Source of the DNA: Acidimicrobiales bacterium | GTDB taxonomy: Bacteria > Actinomycetota > Acidimicrobiia > Acidimicrobiales > JACCXE01 | NCBI GenBank assembly: GCA_035546775.1 | Contig: DASZWD010000042.1 | Span: 5,781 to 69,780, forward strand | DNA length: 64,000 nucleotides | Direction: 5' to 3' | In this document: positions 19,555 through 30,900 of the stretch, piece after piece | Numbering within the stretch: position 1 is the first letter of the stretch | Layout: each line of letters starts with the position of its first letter | Notes under the pieces: generated by a model | Seen by the model: the letters and a program-made list of their open reading frames with translations, nothing else | Told to the model about the DNA's origin: nothing | The model's database searches: none | Position numbers and translations under genes: made by a program

Positions 19555-19578
19555 GGACTAAGTCTAGTCCAGTCGACT
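19555..19578. promoter_or_regulatory. Two dyads directly upstream of the antitoxin start (possible autoregulatory operator)
   Basis: GGACTA-AGTC-TAGTCC (19555-19570) and palindrome AGTCGACT (19571-19578), in the 26-bp gap after the ACAD stop. Confidence 0.35.
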
Positions 19579-19579
19579 C

Positions 19580-20923
19580 CTAGCCGTTCTTGGGCAACTC
19601 GTTGAACGGCACGCGCGAGAGGTCACCGGGCTCCTTGGGCAGGCCCAGCGCGCGCTCGCTCACGATGTTCTTCTGGATCTGGTCGGTGCCGCCGAAGATC
19701 GGCAGCGCCTGCGCCCCGAGCGCCTGGCCGGTGATGGCGTGCGCCGCTGACCCGAGCGGCGCGTCCTTGAGCGTGGCGCGCTGGTCGTCGGTGTAGGCGT
19801 GCAACATGCCGCGGGCACCGAGCAGCTGCATGCCGAGGTCGCGATTGAGTCGCAGGATGATCGCCGTCAGCAGTTTCGAGAAGTTCGGGAGGCCGGGGAT
19901 GTCGCCACCCCGGGCGCGCACCGCCTTGCCCCGTTCGCCGTTGAAGCGGGCGAGCTCGCCGAGGATGTGCGCCTGCGCCAGCTGCTGGCGGATCGCCGGG
20001 TCGGTGTTCTTGCCGGTCTCCTTCGCCAGGTTGATGTACATCGCGGCGGGCGACGTGCGCTCGCGCTTGGCCGCCGGCTTGGGCGCGGCCGACCTATCGC
20101 GCGGCGCCCGCACGAAGTCGCCGGCGCGCTTGGCGAGGTCGTTGGCGATCGTGCCGGCGCGCGCCATCGGCACGCCGGCGCCGCCGCCGACGCCGGTGCC
20201 GCGTTGCATACCCATGCCGGAGCGCTCGTGGAACAGCGTCGTGTTGGCGACGGTCCAGCCGTCGTTGAGGTCGCCGATGCGGGCGTCGTCGTTGACGATG
20301 GCGTCGGTGAAGAACACCTCGCTGAACATCGTGTGGCCCGTCATCTCCTTCAGCGGGCGCACCTCGACGTGGCCCGGCTGGTGCATGTCGAAGGCGAACC
20401 AGCTGATGCCCTGGTGCTTGGGCGCCGTGGGGTTGGTGCGCGCCAGCAGCATGCCCATATCCGCCATGTGACCGCCCGACGTCCACACCTTCTGGCCGTT
20501 GACCACCCACACGTCGCCGTCCTTGACGGCTTTGGTCGACAGGCCGGCGAGGTCCGAGCCGGCGCCGGGCTCGCTGAAGAGCTGACACCAGCCGAGGCGT
20601 CCGCACACCGCGTCGGGGATGTAGCGCTCGATCTGTTCGCGCGTGCCGTGCGTGGCGATCGTGGGCGACACCAGCGAGATGCCCATGCCCATCGGGGCGC
20701 CGAGCGCACCGTGCTGGGCGATGATGCTGGCGGCCACCATCGACTCGGGACGGCTCAGGCCGCGGCCGTAGCTCTCGACGGGCAGCATCGGCGCCGCCCA
20801 TCCGCTCATGCCGAGACGGTCCCACCACTCACCCACGGTGAGATCGGGATTCCAGTTGTCTTCGAGAAAGCTCTTCAGTTCGTCGACGAAGTTCGCCGAG
20901 ACGCGGGTTTCGGTGACGGTCAT
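19580..20923 (-). CDS. Acyl-CoA dehydrogenase
   Basis: ACAD-like sequence throughout (...[17 protein letters not shown]...[13 protein letters not shown]...). Start trimmed to the ATG at 20923 (ATGA overlap). Confidence 0.88.
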   Translation of the reverse strand: MTVTETRVSANFVDELKSFLEDNWNPDLTVGEWWDRLGMSGWAAPMLPVESYGRGLSRPESMVAASIIAQHGALGAPMGMGISLVSPTIATHGTREQIERYIPDAVCGRLGWCQLFSEPGAGSDLAGLSTKAVKDGDVWVVNGQKVWTSGGHMADMGMLLARTNPTAPKHQGISWFAFDMHQPGHVEVRPLKEMTGHTMFSEVFFTDAIVNDDARIGDLNDGWTVANTTLFHERSGMGMQRGTGVGGGAGVPMARAGTIANDLAKRAGDFVRAPRDRSAAPKPAAKRERTSPAAMYINLAKETGKNTDPAIRQQLAQAHILGELARFNGERGKAVRARGGDIPGLPNFSKLLTAIILRLNRDLGMQLLGARGMLHAYTDDQRATLKDAPLGSAAHAITGQALGAQALPIFGGTDQIQKNIVSERALGLPKEPGDLSRVPFNELPKNG

Positions 20924-22446
20924 GTATTCGCTCCCTGTTGGCGGTACTGCTCGCGCAGGCGCCGCTTGTAGATCTTGCCGTTGTCTTCGCGCGGCAACGC
21001 GTCGACGAAGTCGACCCGCCGCGGACACTTGTAGTGCGAAAGCCGGTCGCGGCAGTGCGCCAACAACTCCTCGGCCAGCGCCGGTGACGGCTCGACACCC
21101 TCTTTCAGTTCGACCACCGCCAGCACGGCTTCGCCCCACTCCTCGTCGGGCACGCCGATGACGGCGACGTCGCCGACCGCGGCATGCTCGAGCAGCACGG
21201 CGTCGACCTCGGCGGGGTAGATGTTCACACCGCCCGAGATGATGAGGTTGGCGCTGCGGTCGGTGAGGTACAGGTAGCCCTCGTCGTCGAGGTAACCGAC
21301 GTCGCCGAGGGTGAAGTACTCGCCGCGGAACGAGTTGGCCGTCTTCTGCTCGTCCTTGAAGTAGCTGAAGCGCGCCGCGCCGGGCGCCTTGATGTAGACG
21401 AGGCCGACCTCACCGGCGGGCAGGGCGTTGCCCGCCTCGTCGCCGATGATCACCTGCTCGGGCAGGAACGGCTTGCCAACGGTGCCCGGGTGCGCCAGCC
21501 ACGTCTCGGAGTTCACGAAACTGCCGACGCCTTCGGTCGCCGCGTAGTACTCCCACACCACCGGGCCGAACCACTCGATGATGCGCTGCTTCACCGGCAC
21601 AGGGCAGGGCGCGGCGCCGTGGAGCACGTAGCGCAGCTTGGAGATGTCGTAGCGCGCCTTCACGTCGTCGGGCAACGACAGGAGCCGGTGGAACATCGTC
21701 GGCACCATGTGCGTGTGCGTCACGCCGTGGCGCGCCATCAGGCGCAGCGTCTCGTGGGCGTCCCACTTGTCCATCACCACCACCGTCGCGCCGTACACGT
21801 GGGGCGACGCCAGCGAGAAGGCCAGCGGGGCGGCGTGGTATAGCGGACCGGTGCACAGGTGCACGTCGCCGCCTTCCTCGTTGTAGCCGCCGAGGTTGAC
21901 CGCGGCGGTCGACGCCCCGGCGGCCGCCGGCGGGCGGTGCACGCCCTTGGGCCGCCCGGTCGTGCCCGACGTGTAGAGCATGGTCGTGCCGGGTGACGGA
22001 TCGGGCAGGGCGTCGGGCGACTCGCCGGCCATCGCCTCTTCGAGGTTCTCGAAGCCGTCGGCGTCGCCACCGGCCACGAGCGCCACCTTGCACGCCGGCG
22101 CGGCGCGCAGGCACGCCCGCGCCATGTCCGCCAGTGACGCGGTGGTGACGAGCGCCTTGGCCTCGCAGTCGTCGACGATGTAGGCGGCCTCTTCGCCGGT
22201 GAGGTGGAAGTTCACCGGCGTGAGGCGGAATCCGCCGCGCTGGCAGGCATAGACCGTCTCGACAAACGCCGGCACGTTGTTGGCGATCAGGGCGACGGCG
22301 TCACCGGCGACGAGGCCGCGGTTGCGCAGGGCGCGGGCCAACCGGTTGGCGTTGGCCTCCAGTTCGGCGAAGGTGCGGTCGCCGGCGTCCGAGATGATCG
22401 CGGCGCGATCGGGCGTGGTCGCGGCCCAGTGTGCGAGATCAGGCAT
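20920..22446 (-). CDS. AMP-dependent acyl-CoA synthetase/ligase
   Basis: [35 protein letters not shown] and NGKIYKRRL motifs. Start trimmed to the ATG at 22446. Confidence 0.9.
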   Translation of the reverse strand: MPDLAHWAATTPDRAAIISDAGDRTFAELEANANRLARALRNRGLVAGDAVALIANNVPAFVETVYACQRGGFRLTPVNFHLTGEEAAYIVDDCEAKALVTTASLADMARACLRAAPACKVALVAGGDADGFENLEEAMAGESPDALPDPSPGTTMLYTSGTTGRPKGVHRPPAAAGASTAAVNLGGYNEEGGDVHLCTGPLYHAAPLAFSLASPHVYGATVVVMDKWDAHETLRLMARHGVTHTHMVPTMFHRLLSLPDDVKARYDISKLRYVLHGAAPCPVPVKQRIIEWFGPVVWEYYAATEGVGSFVNSETWLAHPGTVGKPFLPEQVIIGDEAGNALPAGEVGLVYIKAPGAARFSYFKDEQKTANSFRGEYFTLGDVGYLDDEGYLYLTDRSANLIISGGVNIYPAEVDAVLLEHAAVGDVAVIGVPDEEWGEAVLAVVELKEGVEPSPALAEELLAHCRDRLSHYKCPRRVDFVDALPREDNGKIYKRRLREQYRQQGANT

Positions 22447-22483
22447 GAGTTCCCCCCAGAACCATTTCGTACGGCGCTCTTGC

Positions 22484-23584
22484 TTAGCTCGCCGCCGCGG
22501 CGCGTGCTGCTCGGTCCTTGGCGACTTCGTCGTAGGTCTCGTAGTCGTCGCCGGTGTTGTCGGCGAACTCGTACTGGAGCAGCCCGGCTTCGTCCCACAG
22601 CTTGCGCAGGTAGCCGTCGTTGGCGTCGAGGAGACCCAGCTTGCGGACGTTGGGCACGAGCTTGGCGAAGAAGCCGCCTTCGAAGCTGCCAAAGCGCGAG
22701 CGGTCGAGCTTCTGGCTCGCCTCGAGGATCGACGGAAGGGCCGCTTCCATCGTGGTGCCCATGCGCTCCCAGATCTCGGGCGTCGTCGAGCGCGAGCGGC
22801 TGCGCAGCGTGTTCTCGGCGAGGAACTCCTGGCGCTCCTTGAGCTCGGCCGACGACAGCTCCTGGTAGTACTCGTGCAGGCTCAGTACGCCGAAGGCCAC
22901 GTGGCGCGCCTCGTCGCTCATCACGTAGCGCAGCAGCTTCTTGAGCAGCGGCTCGTTGGTGGCGCGCAGCATCGAGCCGAACGCCGCGAGCGCCAACGAC
23001 TCGATCACGATCTGCATGCCGAGGTACGCAATGTCCCAGCGCGAGTCCTCCATCAGTGCGTCGATCTGCGCTTCGAGGAACGGGCTCATCGGATACGCCT
23101 CGCCGAGCTTGGTATGCAGGTACTTGGCGAAGACCTCGGTGTGGCGCGCCTCGTCCATCGTCTGGGTGGCGGCGTAGTACTTGGCGTCGATCCACGGCAC
23201 CGTCTCGACGATCTTGGCGGCGACGATCATGGCGCCCTGCTCGCCGTGCATGAACTGGCTCAGCATCGCCTTCATCGACTCGATGCCGAGCTGCGTGAAC
23301 TCCTTGTCGCTCCACTTGGAGAACGGCGAGCCGGGCACCTCGGCAGCGGCGCGGGCGAGGTCGACGGTGAGGTTGGCCTGCGGGGCGGAGCGCACCACTT
23401 CTTCGGCGTCGACCTCGGTCGCCCAGTCGAGCTCGGTCACGGAGTTCCACTGCGACGCCATCGCCTTGTTGTAGAGGGTGACGAGCTGATCGCGACTGCG
23501 GTCGTAGTCCCACAAGAAGATGCGCGGGGCGTTGTCGGTGACGAGCTTGATCGCCTCGTGCTTCTCGGCGTCGGTGACGGTCAT
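22484..23584 (-). CDS. Ferritin-like diiron-carboxylate oxygenase-type protein (AurF-like?)
   Basis: Two DEARH motifs ([25 protein letters not shown]) about 90 residues apart. Start trimmed to the ATG at 23584 (ATGA overlap with TetR). Confidence 0.7.
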   Translation of the reverse strand: MTVTDAEKHEAIKLVTDNAPRIFLWDYDRSRDQLVTLYNKAMASQWNSVTELDWATEVDAEEVVRSAPQANLTVDLARAAAEVPGSPFSKWSDKEFTQLGIESMKAMLSQFMHGEQGAMIVAAKIVETVPWIDAKYYAATQTMDEARHTEVFAKYLHTKLGEAYPMSPFLEAQIDALMEDSRWDIAYLGMQIVIESLALAAFGSMLRATNEPLLKKLLRYVMSDEARHVAFGVLSLHEYYQELSSAELKERQEFLAENTLRSRSRSTTPEIWERMGTTMEAALPSILEASQKLDRSRFGSFEGGFFAKLVPNVRKLGLLDANDGYLRKLWDEAGLLQYEFADNTGDDYETYDEVAKDRAARAAAAS

Positions 23585-24168
23585 GGTTGGTCTCCAAAAC
23601 TGTGAACAATGCGGGTGACGAGGGCGTCCCACGCGGCGGGATCGGGTTTGGGAATGCCGGCGCCGCGTTGCACGAGCAACCCGAGCGCCAGCGTGCGGAC
23701 GAAGTAGAGGACGGCTTCGGGGTCGACGTCGTCGGCGACGGTGCCGTCGGCTTGCGCGGCGTCGACGAGGGGCTGCACCGCGGTGCGCCACTGCTGCTGC
23801 GCGGCGTGCACCGCCTCGGCGACATCGGGCTCTCGGCGCGCCGTCACGAAGGCCTCGAGCCGGACCGCCTCGGCATCGGTCAGCGGCGCGTCCGACAACG
23901 CGGCGAGGCGCTGGATCAACTCGGCGACGCGCCAGCCCTTGGGTGCGCCGAGGTGCGAGTGGCGCATCGCCTGGCCGATGACGGCTTCGCGCAACAGCTC
24001 GTCCTTGGAGCGGAAGCGGCCGTAGACGGCGCCCGTTGACAAGCCCGCCTCACGCACGATGTCGGCGATCTTGGTGCCCGAGTAGCCCTTGGCGGCGAAG
24101 ACGCGCGCGGCGGCGTCGAGCAACTGCGTGCGCAGCGGATCCTCTCGCAGTTCCCCCGCCGGCTCCAT
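23581..24168 (-). CDS. TetR-family transcriptional regulator
   Basis: ...AARVFAAKGYSGTKIADIVREAGLSTGAVYGRFRSKDELL.... Confidence 0.88.
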   Translation of the reverse strand: MEPAGELREDPLRTQLLDAAARVFAAKGYSGTKIADIVREAGLSTGAVYGRFRSKDELLREAVIGQAMRHSHLGAPKGWRVAELIQRLAALSDAPLTDAEAVRLEAFVTARREPDVAEAVHAAQQQWRTAVQPLVDAAQADGTVADDVDPEAVLYFVRTLALGLLVQRGAGIPKPDPAAWDALVTRIVHSFGDQP

Positions 24169-24209
24169 CGGACGTGAGAATAAAAGTTCTTCGCGCTTGC
24201 GTCAAGTGC

Positions 24210-24233
24210 TATACTCCGTATAGTACTGAGTAT
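24210..24233. promoter_or_regulatory. AT-rich dyads overlapping the PadR start (possible PadR/TetR operator), with a TATACT -10-like hexamer
   Basis: ATACTC (24211-24216), 11 nt, GAGTAT (24228-24233). Nested TATAC/GTATA and AGTACT. Confidence 0.35.
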
Positions 24234-24825
24234 GAGCATCAAGCACGCCCTACTGGCGCTGCTGGCCGACCAGCCCAAGTACGGCCTCCAGCTGCGGGAA
24301 GAGTTCGAGCGCAAGACCGGCGAGCTGTGGCCGCTCAACGTCGGGCAGGTGTACACGACGCTTCAGCGCCTCGAGCGCGACGGGCTCGTGGCATCGGACG
24401 GTGCCGAGCGCGACAGCCGCGAGAACGTCTTCCGGCTGACCGCCGCCGGCCACGCCGAGCTGCTCGACTGGCTGTCGGACCCCGACGACGCCGCCGCCCC
24501 ACCCCGCGACGAGCTGACGATCAAGGTGCTGATCGCGCTGAGCGTTCCCGGCGTCGACGTGCACGACGTCGTCCAGCGGCACCGCCGCCACCTCGTCGAG
24601 GCGATGCAGCAGTTCACCCGCGTGAAGGAACACGCGGCGACCGACGACATCGCCCTGTCGCTCGTTGCCGACGCCGAACTCTTCCGTCTCGAAGCCAAAG
24701 TCCGCTGGCTCGACGCCGCGGAAACCCGCATCAAGCGAACTGGTCTTGTCCAGCACCGGAAACCGGTGCTGGACAGGACCACTTCGGGGGAATCGGCGGA
24801 ATCGGTCGACGGGGTGGCGCGATGA
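24232..24825 (+). CDS. PadR-family transcriptional regulator
   Basis: IKHALLALLADQPKYGLQLREEFERKTGELWPLNVGQVYTTLQRLERDGLV. Confidence 0.88.
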   Translation: MSIKHALLALLADQPKYGLQLREEFERKTGELWPLNVGQVYTTLQRLERDGLVASDGAERDSRENVFRLTAAGHAELLDWLSDPDDAAAPPRDELTIKVLIALSVPGVDVHDVVQRHRRHLVEAMQQFTRVKEHAATDDIALSLVADAELFRLEAKVRWLDAAETRIKRTGLVQHRKPVLDRTTSGESAESVDGVAR

Positions 24826-25547
24826 CGGCCGCGCTCGAACTGCGCAACGTGAGCAAGACCTACGGCGAGGACGCCAACGAGGTCCACGCGCTGGTCGACG
24901 TGAACCTCACCGTCGAGCCCGGCGAACTCGTCGCTATCATGGGCCCGAGCGGCTCGGGCAAGAGCACGCTGCTGACCGTTGCGGGCACGCTCGAAGAACC
25001 GACGAGCGGTGAGGTGCTCGTGGGCGGCACGCCGGTCTCGGCCATGTCGCGCAACGAGCGCGCCCGCCTGCGGCGCCGCGCGATCGGCTTTGTGTTCCAG
25101 GACTTCAACCTGCTCGCCGGCCTGACCGCGCTCGAGAACGTTTCGCTGCCGCTCGAACTCGACGGCATGAACACCAAGCGCGCCCAGGCGATCGCCCTCG
25201 ACGGCCTAGCCCAGTTCGACATGGACGAGCGGGCGCAACGTTTCCCCGACGAACTCTCCGGCGGCGAACGCCAACGCGTCGCCATCGCCCGCGCCGTGGT
25301 GGGCGACCGCGGCCTGTTGCTCGCCGACGAACCGACCGGCGCCCTCGACTCCGTCAACGGCGAGGCCGTGATGCGCCTCGTGCGCCACGCGTGTAACCGC
25401 GGCGTCGCCGGCGTGATCGTGACGCACGATTCGCAGCTGGCGTCGTGGGCCGACCGCATCGTGTTCATCCGCGACGGCCACATCGTCGACCAGACCGCAC
25501 CGCGGCCCGACCCCGAATCACTTCTCACCTCCGGTCCCACGAAGTGA
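24822..25547 (+). CDS. ABC transporter ATP-binding protein (MacB/LolD-type)
   Basis: Walker A GPSGSGKST, signature LSGGERQRVAIARA, Walker B LLLADEPTGALD. ATGA overlap with PadR. Confidence 0.92.
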   Translation: MTAALELRNVSKTYGEDANEVHALVDVNLTVEPGELVAIMGPSGSGKSTLLTVAGTLEEPTSGEVLVGGTPVSAMSRNERARLRRRAIGFVFQDFNLLAGLTALENVSLPLELDGMNTKRAQAIALDGLAQFDMDERAQRFPDELSGGERQRVAIARAVVGDRGLLLADEPTGALDSVNGEAVMRLVRHACNRGVAGVIVTHDSQLASWADRIVFIRDGHIVDQTAPRPDPESLLTSGPTK

Positions 25548-27931
25548 GCGCCGCAGGCCGGCGGCCGGTCTTCCGGTGGGGCGTACGCCTGTTCAAGCGT
25601 GACTGGCGCCAGCAGGTGCTCGTCTTGTCGCTCCTCACGTTCGCGACCGCGGCCGCGCTGTTCTGCTCGGTCGTCGTCGCCGCCGCGCTGCCGACCCACG
25701 ACGGTGAATTCGGGCGCGCCAACGGCATGGTCCGCCTGCACGTCGGCGCCCCGCACACGGACGCCGCGCTGGCGACCATTCGCCAGAAGTTCGGCACCGC
25801 TGAGGTGATCGGTCACCGCGACGTACCGATCCCCGGTGCGGTCGACACCGTCGACTTTCGCGACCAGGTTCCCGGCGGCGCGTTCGGTGCGCCGATGCTG
25901 CGGCTGTTGTCGGGCCGGTATCCGGCGGCGTCGGGCGAGATCGCCATGACGAGACGCGCCGCGGCCGACTTCCACACGGCGCTGGGATCGACCGTTCGGT
26001 TCGGTGGCGGCGCCTACCGCGTCGTCGGCGTCGTCGAGAACCCCGGCAAGCTCGATGACGAATTCGCAGTGGGGACGGCTGGGGACGTCGCCGCCGAGAA
26101 CCTGATCGTGCTGGTGCACGGCAACTTTCCCCACCATCGCGGCCTCGCCCTCGAAGCCAACGCCAGCTACGCGACCCAGATCCGGGGCGCGAGCGACAAG
26201 CAACTCGGCGCGGTTCTGGTGCTGCTGCTCTCGGCGATCCTGCTGTTCCTGTTGGTGCTCGTGGCCACCGCCAGCTTCGCCGTCATCGCCCACCGCCGGC
26301 AGCGCCAGCTCGGCATGCTGGCCAGCGTCGGCGCCACCGACGCCCAGCTGCGCCTCGTGATGCTCAGCAACGGCGTCGCCGTCGGCGTGTTCGCCGCCAT
26401 CGGCGGTGCCGTGGTCGCCCTGGGGCTCTGGCTCGGGCTCCAACCGCAGCTCGAACACCTCGTGAACCACCGCATGAACGTCACCGACTTCCCCGCCTGG
26501 GTCCCGCTGGCCACGACGGCTCTCGCGATCGCCGCGGCAACGGCGGCGTCGTGGTGGCCGGCGCGGTCGATCGCCCGCGTGCCGGTCGTCGAGGCATTGA
26601 GCGGGCGGCCGCCGCAGCCGGCGACTGTGCACCGCTCAGTGGTGGTCGCGCTCGGCCTGCTCGCCGGCGGCTGGGTGGCCATCGATGCCGGCGTCAACGA
26701 CGTCAAAGGCAGCGCCAACGGGCTGTTGCTGATCCCCGGCGCGCTTGCCGTTGTGGTGGGCGTGCTCGTGCTCAGCCCGATCGCCATCCGCACTCTGGCC
26801 CGCGCCGCGCGCCGGGCGCCGTTGCCGGCCCGTCTCGCGCTGCGGGACCTCAATCGGTACTCGGCGCGTTCGGGCGCGGCGCTCGCCGCGATCGCGTTGG
26901 GCCTCGGGATTGCGTCCAGCGTCGTGGTCGTCACCGCCGCAGCGAAGAAGCACGCCGACCAGGGCAACCTGTCGGACCGCCAGCTCGTGTTCCGCACGCA
27001 AGGCGCCGTCGACGACGATCGCCGCACCGCGCTTCGTTCCGACGTCGAGGCGTTCGCCCGCACGCTCGGATCCGACGCCCGCGTGTATCAACTCGACTTG
27101 GTCGGCAATCCGGCGGTGCTTAACCCGAAGGGCGGTGGCGAGGGTCCACCGGCTCCGATCGATCTCGCGCTCGAGCAAAACGCGCACTCGTTCCGGTACG
27201 TCGCGCACGTCTACGTGGCGACACCCGAGTTGCTGGCGCGCCTCGGAGTCACCCCACGCGCCGGCGTCGACGTGGTCACGTCGGCAACCGGCAAGCTCGC
27301 GATTGTCCCGACGCTTGACCGCAACCCCCACTTCACCTTCCAGCACTACGACGGGCCGGACTATTCGGACGCGCCGTCCGCGCTGATTACGCAGACCGGC
27401 ATCGCCAAGCTCGGCCCCGCGATGGTGTTCGAAACGGACGGGTGGTTCGTCGAAGCCGGCCACCACCTGTCTGCGGCCGACGTGCGTGACGCCCGCACCG
27501 CGGCTCTGGACGCCGGGCTCGACGTGGAAGCCCGCGACACCCAGACCGGTCTGCTGGCGGCGCGCACGATCGCGACGGCGGTGGGCGTGCTCCTCGCGCT
27601 GGCGCTGCTCGGCATGACGATCGGCCTCATCCGCAGCGAGTCGGGCCGCGACGACCAGACCCTCGTCGCCGCCGGGGCGACGAGCTTCACCCGGCGAGCG
27701 CTCAGCGCGTCGACGTCGGGCGGCCTGGCGCTGCTCGGCAGCGTGCTCGGTATCGGCGGTGCCTACGTCGGTCTCACGGCCGTGTACGTCGACCGCATCT
27801 CCGACATGGCGCATCCGCCGATCGCCGACCTGAGCGTGCTGCTGTTCGGACTGCCGGTCATGGCCGCGGCCGCCGGGTGGCTGCTGTCAGGACGCGAACC
27901 CGCCGCCATCGGCCGCCACGCCTTGGACTAG
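25544..27931 (+). CDS. ABC transporter permease, FtsX/MacB-like (two FtsX-type modules)
   Basis: About 795 aa with repeated 4-TM blocks and large periplasmic loops. GTGA overlap with the ATPase gene. Confidence 0.82.
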   Translation: MSAAGRRPVFRWGVRLFKRDWRQQVLVLSLLTFATAAALFCSVVVAAALPTHDGEFGRANGMVRLHVGAPHTDAALATIRQKFGTAEVIGHRDVPIPGAVDTVDFRDQVPGGAFGAPMLRLLSGRYPAASGEIAMTRRAAADFHTALGSTVRFGGGAYRVVGVVENPGKLDDEFAVGTAGDVAAENLIVLVHGNFPHHRGLALEANASYATQIRGASDKQLGAVLVLLLSAILLFLLVLVATASFAVIAHRRQRQLGMLASVGATDAQLRLVMLSNGVAVGVFAAIGGAVVALGLWLGLQPQLEHLVNHRMNVTDFPAWVPLATTALAIAAATAASWWPARSIARVPVVEALSGRPPQPATVHRSVVVALGLLAGGWVAIDAGVNDVKGSANGLLLIPGALAVVVGVLVLSPIAIRTLARAARRAPLPARLALRDLNRYSARSGAALAAIALGLGIASSVVVVTAAAKKHADQGNLSDRQLVFRTQGAVDDDRRTALRSDVEAFARTLGSDARVYQLDLVGNPAVLNPKGGGEGPPAPIDLALEQNAHSFRYVAHVYVATPELLARLGVTPRAGVDVVTSATGKLAIVPTLDRNPHFTFQHYDGPDYSDAPSALITQTGIAKLGPAMVFETDGWFVEAGHHLSAADVRDARTAALDAGLDVEARDTQTGLLAARTIATAVGVLLALALLGMTIGLIRSESGRDDQTLVAAGATSFTRRALSASTSGGLALLGSVLGIGGAYVGLTAVYVDRISDMAHPPIADLSVLLFGLPVMAAAAGWLLSGREPAAIGRHALD

Positions 27932-30900
27932 CGGCGGGAACGCCGCCCGCACGCCGAGGCGGATGAACACCTCGTCGCGCTCGGCGGCGGCGGCGTCCGA
28001 GGGACGTACGCGCACCAGCGCGTCGAGACCGAGGGCCACTTCGTACGGTGAACCGTTGGCCCTCGCCGCGTCCACCGCGCGCTCGAACTCGGCCGCCGCG
28101 GCGTCGGGATCGCCGAGCGCGAGGTGGGCATAGCCGATGCCGCGGTGCAGGCGCGGTAGCAACAGGACGCCGCCCTTCTTCGTTTCGTCGCGCAGGGCGT
28201 GCTCGAGCAAGGTACGGGCGTCGCGCGCTTCGCCCTCGCGGATCATGCACTCGGCAACCCAGTAGTCATACTCGGCGGTGTCGGCACCAAGGTCCTCCGC
28301 CGCCCACCGGGCCTGGTCGAATACGTCGCGGGCTTTCAATACGTCGCCGCGCTGCAAGGCGGCGCGCCCCATGTTGGTCAGCGCCCCCGGGACCGGACCG
28401 GGGTGGCCCACCGAGCGCCACAGGTTGATGACGTCGCCGAGTCCGGTCACCTCTTCGCCGCGTCCCTGGTCGAGCAGGATGTCGGTGACGTTCGTGGTGC
28501 CGTAGCCCGCCGTCACGAGATCGCCCGCCGCCGTGTAGGCGTCACGACTCCGGATGAACTGGTCGAGGGCTTCGTCCCACTCGCCCTTCCAGTACGCGGT
28601 GGCACCGAGTACGACGCGCACGTCACCCTCGTCCTTCTTGACGTCGAGCTCGGTCCAGATGGCGAGCGCGGCGCGCAGGCGCCGACCGGCATCGGGGCGA
28701 CCCAAGCGGGCCGACGCGAGATCGGCGACGGTGTAGGCGCGGGCGAGCGCCTTGCGATTGCGCGACGCCTTGGCGTCGGCGATCGCCTGCTCGGCCCACG
28801 CCAGCGCGCGGCGATTGTCGTTCGCCCGGTGAAGCTGATCGGCGCGCAACATGCGCAGTTCGGCGCGCAACGCGACGGCCGCCCGCCGGTTGTCGCCCTC
28901 GAGCAGGCGCAGGCCGCGATTCACCCACCGCGCCGCGTTGGCGCTCTGCCCGCGGTTGGCGGCGAGGATCGTCTCGAGGCGGCATACGTCGGCCAGGAAC
29001 GGAGCGTCGCCTTTGCGGAACGCCCGCGCCCGCGCCAGGGCCGCCTTGGCCTGGTCGTACAAGTTGCCGATGAGCGCAACCTCGGCCAACGACCGGTACA
29101 CCTGCGCCGCCGACGGTACGAGATCACCGTCGATCTGGCCACCGGCCGCCAGCGCCCGTTCGTACAGCACCGCCGCTTCGACGTTGGCGTATTTGTCGCG
29201 CGCCCGCTCGGCCGCTGCCCGCGAATAGCGCCAGCACTTCTCGTACTGCTGTGCGTGCCAGAAGTGGAACGACAGGATCTCGAAGCCTTCCGTCGTGCCG
29301 TCTTCGAGCGCGGCTTCGATCGACGCGCCGGCCTTGGCGTGCAACTCCTTGCGCCTGCGAAACGACAGCGTCTCGTATGCGACCTCGCGGTAGCACTCGT
29401 TGCGGAAGCGCAGCCACCCGGTGCCGGATGGCTCGAGGAACTGGCGTAGCCGTCCCGCCACCGCACGGGCCTCGCCGCCTTCTTCGGCGACGAGTTCGGC
29501 CAGACGTGCCGCCTCGAACATCGGCCCGAGCACCGCCGCGTAGCGCAGCGCCTGACGATCCCGCGGCGGCAACGTGTCGATCTTGGCTGCAACCACGGCT
29601 TCGAGGCTGCCCGACAACGTGGCTTCCCCTGCACCGGAGGCCGCCGCGTGCGCCAACTGCTCGACGAACAGCGGGTTACCCCCGGCGCGCTCCACGAGCA
29701 CGTCGACCTGGTCGGGTCGCAGCAACGTCTCGCCCGGCGCGGCACCGGCCGCCGCCTGGAGCAGGCGACGCGCCTCGGTGTCGTCGAGGGCGTCGAGGAG
29801 GAGTCGCAGCGTCGTCTCGTCACCGGGGCGATAACCGGTGTCGTCCATCCGCCGGCTGAGGCAGACAAGCCAGCGCCGCGAACGCGCCCGCTGTGCGATG
29901 GCGCGCAAGACTTCGGCCGACAGGTCGTCGACCCACTGGGCGTCCTCGACGACGAAGAGTTGCGCTCCGGAGACGACAGCGGCGAGGAGATCGACGACGG
30001 CCCGCACGGTCTGATCGCGCAAGAACTGCGGATCCAGCGCCTCGGATTCGGGCGTCGCTGCCACCTCGACCGACATCACGGACCCGATGAGAGGCAACCA
30101 CGGCAACAACTCCGGGGCCGCTCCGGAGACGATGGCGCGCAGGACTGCCGGGGCGTTGTCGGTGGCCGTCTTCAGGCCGAGCGCGCCGCGCAGCAAGAAG
30201 CGCACGGCGAAGTACGGCGTCGTCGCTTCGTACGCCTCGCAGAACGTCGTCACGATGGGCACCTCCGCAGCGTCGGCGAGAAACTCGCGCAACAGGCGCG
30301 ACTTTCCGATACCTGCTTCGCCGGCGATGTCGACCAAGCCGCCGCGCCCGGCCCGCATCTCGTCGAGCGTGTCGCGGAGGCGCTCGCGCTCGACTTCACG
30401 CCCCACGAAGGGCAGATCGGTGAGAGCGCGCGTACGGCGGCGGACGCGCTCGCCGACGAGCACCGCGTCGACGGGGCGCGACTTGCCCTTCACCAAGAAC
30501 GGGGGCAGCGACGTCGTCACGAACTCCGAGGCCGCGAGGTCGAGTACGTCTCTGGTCGCGCGCACCTCACCCGGCGCCGCGCTCGCCATCAGCCGCGCCG
30601 CCAGATTCACCGTGTCGCCCATCACGGTGTACGTGCGTCGGTACGACGGACCAACCTCACCGACGAACGCGTGGCCGTGGTGCACTCCGATGCGCACCGG
30701 AAGGCGCCGCTCACGCTCGACGACGCGCCGCATCGCTCGCAGCACGCGGCCTTCGTCGTCGTCGAGGGCGCGCGGGGCGCCGCCGATGACGATGAGCTTG
30801 CCGCCGTCCTTGTCGGCGTCGGTGCCGAGGAAGGTCGCACCTTCGTGGTCGACCGCCGCCTGCACATCCGTGACGAGCTCGTCGAGCACTTCAGCCGCCA

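Noticed and set aside
27887-27931. 45-bp convergent overlap between the ABC permease and cyclase-STAND 3' ends, considered as antisense regulation.
   Set aside because: Short convergent overlaps are common in compact high-GC genomes, and no structure or motif is evident. It is probably incidental.
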